From the NCBI RefSeq assembly GCF_009914755.1, contig NC_060945.1: a stretch of DNA of 64,000 bases, one strand, 5' to 3'. Made by a program: the position numbers and the translations under genes. This document shows, piece by piece, positions 61,851-64,000 of the stretch. A model generated the notes under the pieces. That model was not told the DNA's origin, made no database searches, and saw nothing but the letters and a program-made list of their open reading frames with translations. The stretch's first letter is position 1. Each line of letters starts with the position of its first letter. This stretch comes from the human T2T-CHM13v2.0 reference genome, Homo sapiens.

Positions 61851-62182
61851 TGCCTTAGCCAGCCCAGCTGCCATAACAAAGTACCCGAGACCAGATGGCC
61901 TAAATAACAGACATTGATTTTCTCACCGTTCTGGAGGCCAGAATTTCATGATCAAAGTATCCACCAATCACTTTCCGGTAAGGGCTCTCTTCCTGGGTTG
62001 TGGACAGCAACCTTCTTGCTTGTCCTCACATGGCAGAGAGGGGGAGAGACAGAGACAGAGACATCTCTTCTTTTTATAAAACCACCAATTCTATCAGATT
62101 AGGATTCCCCCCTTATGGCCTCCTTTAACCTTAATTAGCTCCTAATGAGTGAACTGGGGGCAACACAATTCAGTCCATAGCA
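61851..62182 (-). mobile_element. MLT1A-like MaLR LTR
   Basis: gctgccataacaaagtacc...ttctcaccgttctggaggcc...acacaattcagtccatagca. Confidence 0.75.
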
Positions 62183-63640
62183 ACAACCCTGAGAGATGGG
62201 ACTCTGATCCCCTGTTCTGCACTTGAAGCCGGTGGTCAGAGGAGTTGAGCCATTTGCCTGAGGACACCATGGACAGCGGCAGGGCCAGGATTCAGGCTCA
62301 GCTAATACAAGGCTTGCACTCCAGCTACTCTGAATTTTGAGGGATGCAACCACCTCCCCACTCTGATCCTGAGTTGTCTAAATTAGCTTTCCTCCATCTC
62401 TTTCTATCCTTTTATGTGATTGTCACTCCCAGAAACCACAGGATAGAGATATTCGTTTAGTGACTATCTCTCCTGCTAGTGGCTCAGCTCCACAGGGTCA
62501 GGTGCCTTGTCATCTTATTTTGTGTGGTATCCCTGTATCTAGGATGCGGTGCTGGTACAGAACAGGTGCACAGTCAGTAGTTAAGGAACAACTGAATGAT
62601 GACTGCTGATATGGGCTTATGAGCTTTTTCCTGTGCTTTATTGTCATCCAATATTTGCTATTTATAAGATGTCCATTTTTTTAAAATGTAAGGACTTGAT
62701 GAGCTGTTATTTGATTTTATTGAGGGGTGTTTGGTGACATTTATCTTAGCAAACCATGACCACGCCTCCATATAATGTCCAAGAGAAAGAGTCTCTAAAT
62801 GCACTGTGTTGGATGTTAGCTAAATGAAATCACCACAAGAAGCTCGTGACTCAAATCACAGAGGCTCACAAAGCCCTAGTAGAACAGGTGCCTCTGGGCT
62901 TGCCTGTGGGTTTTCTTGGTGTGTCTATGTCGCTGTCTGGGTGGCCACTCTAGAGGTGGGAAGCATGCAGTGCATGCTCAGGGGTCTGCAGGCCAGTGTG
63001 CCACAGAGGTGCATATGGACATCAGGCTGGGTCATTTCGACCCAAACAGGCAGTGGCCACCAGCCAATGTCACACAGTGCTGAGCTCCATCCTCACTGCT
63101 GCTGGAGAGAGGTGCCCAGACAACTCTCAGTCGCATCCCCGGCCCCACTGTGGGGATGTGACCCACGGGATGAGCTGGGGTCTCTAGGCACCCCCAAAGC
63201 AGGAGCAGCTGGGAGCCAAGAGTGTGAGCAGGGCAGTTTCCAGCCCAAACCACCCAAATAGGCGGCAAATGGAGTGAATCCAAAAGTACATTTCCCAGGT
63301 CAGGCTGCAAGTAGCTTTGACACAGTAGTGCAGTCCAGTGTACATGGGGACAAGGAGAAGAGAAACCAAAATCGAGAGGTTTGTCCCCTGATATTAAAGC
63401 ACAGAGGTTGGCAGAAGGGACAGGAGGATGTCCAAGGGTCCCTGGTGAAGCATCTCCTGGGGTCATCTGAATGATCTGTGAGATGGTTTCCCCAACATTG
63501 AAAAAGCTTCTTAGGTATGTTTGAATTTACTGTCATTTCAATAATACAGACTTACTCCCCGAATTCATTCTAGAATCAAGATCATGACTCTAAGGAAGCT
63601 CATAGAAAAACATTGGAAATTAGAGAAATGGAAAAGGAGT

Positions 63641-64000
63641 GGTGTGTGTGTGTGCATGTGTGTGTGCATGTGTGCATGTGCGTCTGTGAGCATGTGCATG
63701 TGTATGTGTGCACGTGTGTGTGCATAGGTGTCTATGCGTGTGCGTGTGTGCATGTGTGCATGTGTGTATGCGTCTGTGTGCGTGTGTCTGTATCTGTGTG
63801 CATGTGTCTCTGTGTGTGCATGTGTGCGTCTGTATGTATGCATGTGTGTTTTTGTGTGTGCATGTGTATATGTGTGTGCATGTGTGTTTCTATGTGTACA
63901 TGTGTGTACATGCGTATCTGTGTGTGCATGGGTTTGCAGGTGTGCCTGTGTGTGCATGCATGTGTATCTGTGTGCATGTGTGCATGCGTATGTGCACGTA
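63641..64000 (+). repeat. Degenerate (TG)n/(TGTGCA)n alternating purine-pyrimidine tract, running off the window end
   Basis: About 360 bp of gtgtgcatgtgt-like units. Confidence 0.95.

Overview
Primate, most likely human, genomic DNA: Alu-dense, with L1/L2/LTR/DNA-transposon remnants. It is the interior of EVA1C (C21orf63/FAM176C) on the + strand. Six GT-AG coding exons (9296-9492, 13581-13704, 23680-23832, 51327-51470, 57717-57797, 60216-60305) splice into one open frame encoding two SUEL-type lectin domains and the juxtamembrane stalk. The first and last exons lie outside the window; the exon numbers 2-7 are from recollection. Intron 5 holds a processed EXOSC3 pseudogene whose homology starts at the parental exon 2 boundary and is fused in frame to an upstream ATG. 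Intron 4 holds a tailless 5S rRNA retro-fragment and a CpG-rich G4-type VNTR grown inside an LTR. It also holds the most unusual structure I found: at least eight short (43-220 bp) locally templated direct or inverted duplications within about 24 kb. Several have microhomology junctions or multi-template mosaics, and nested Alus give them relative dates. No prokaryotic genes or CRISPR arrays. Repeat subfamily calls and percent identities are by eye and approximate.
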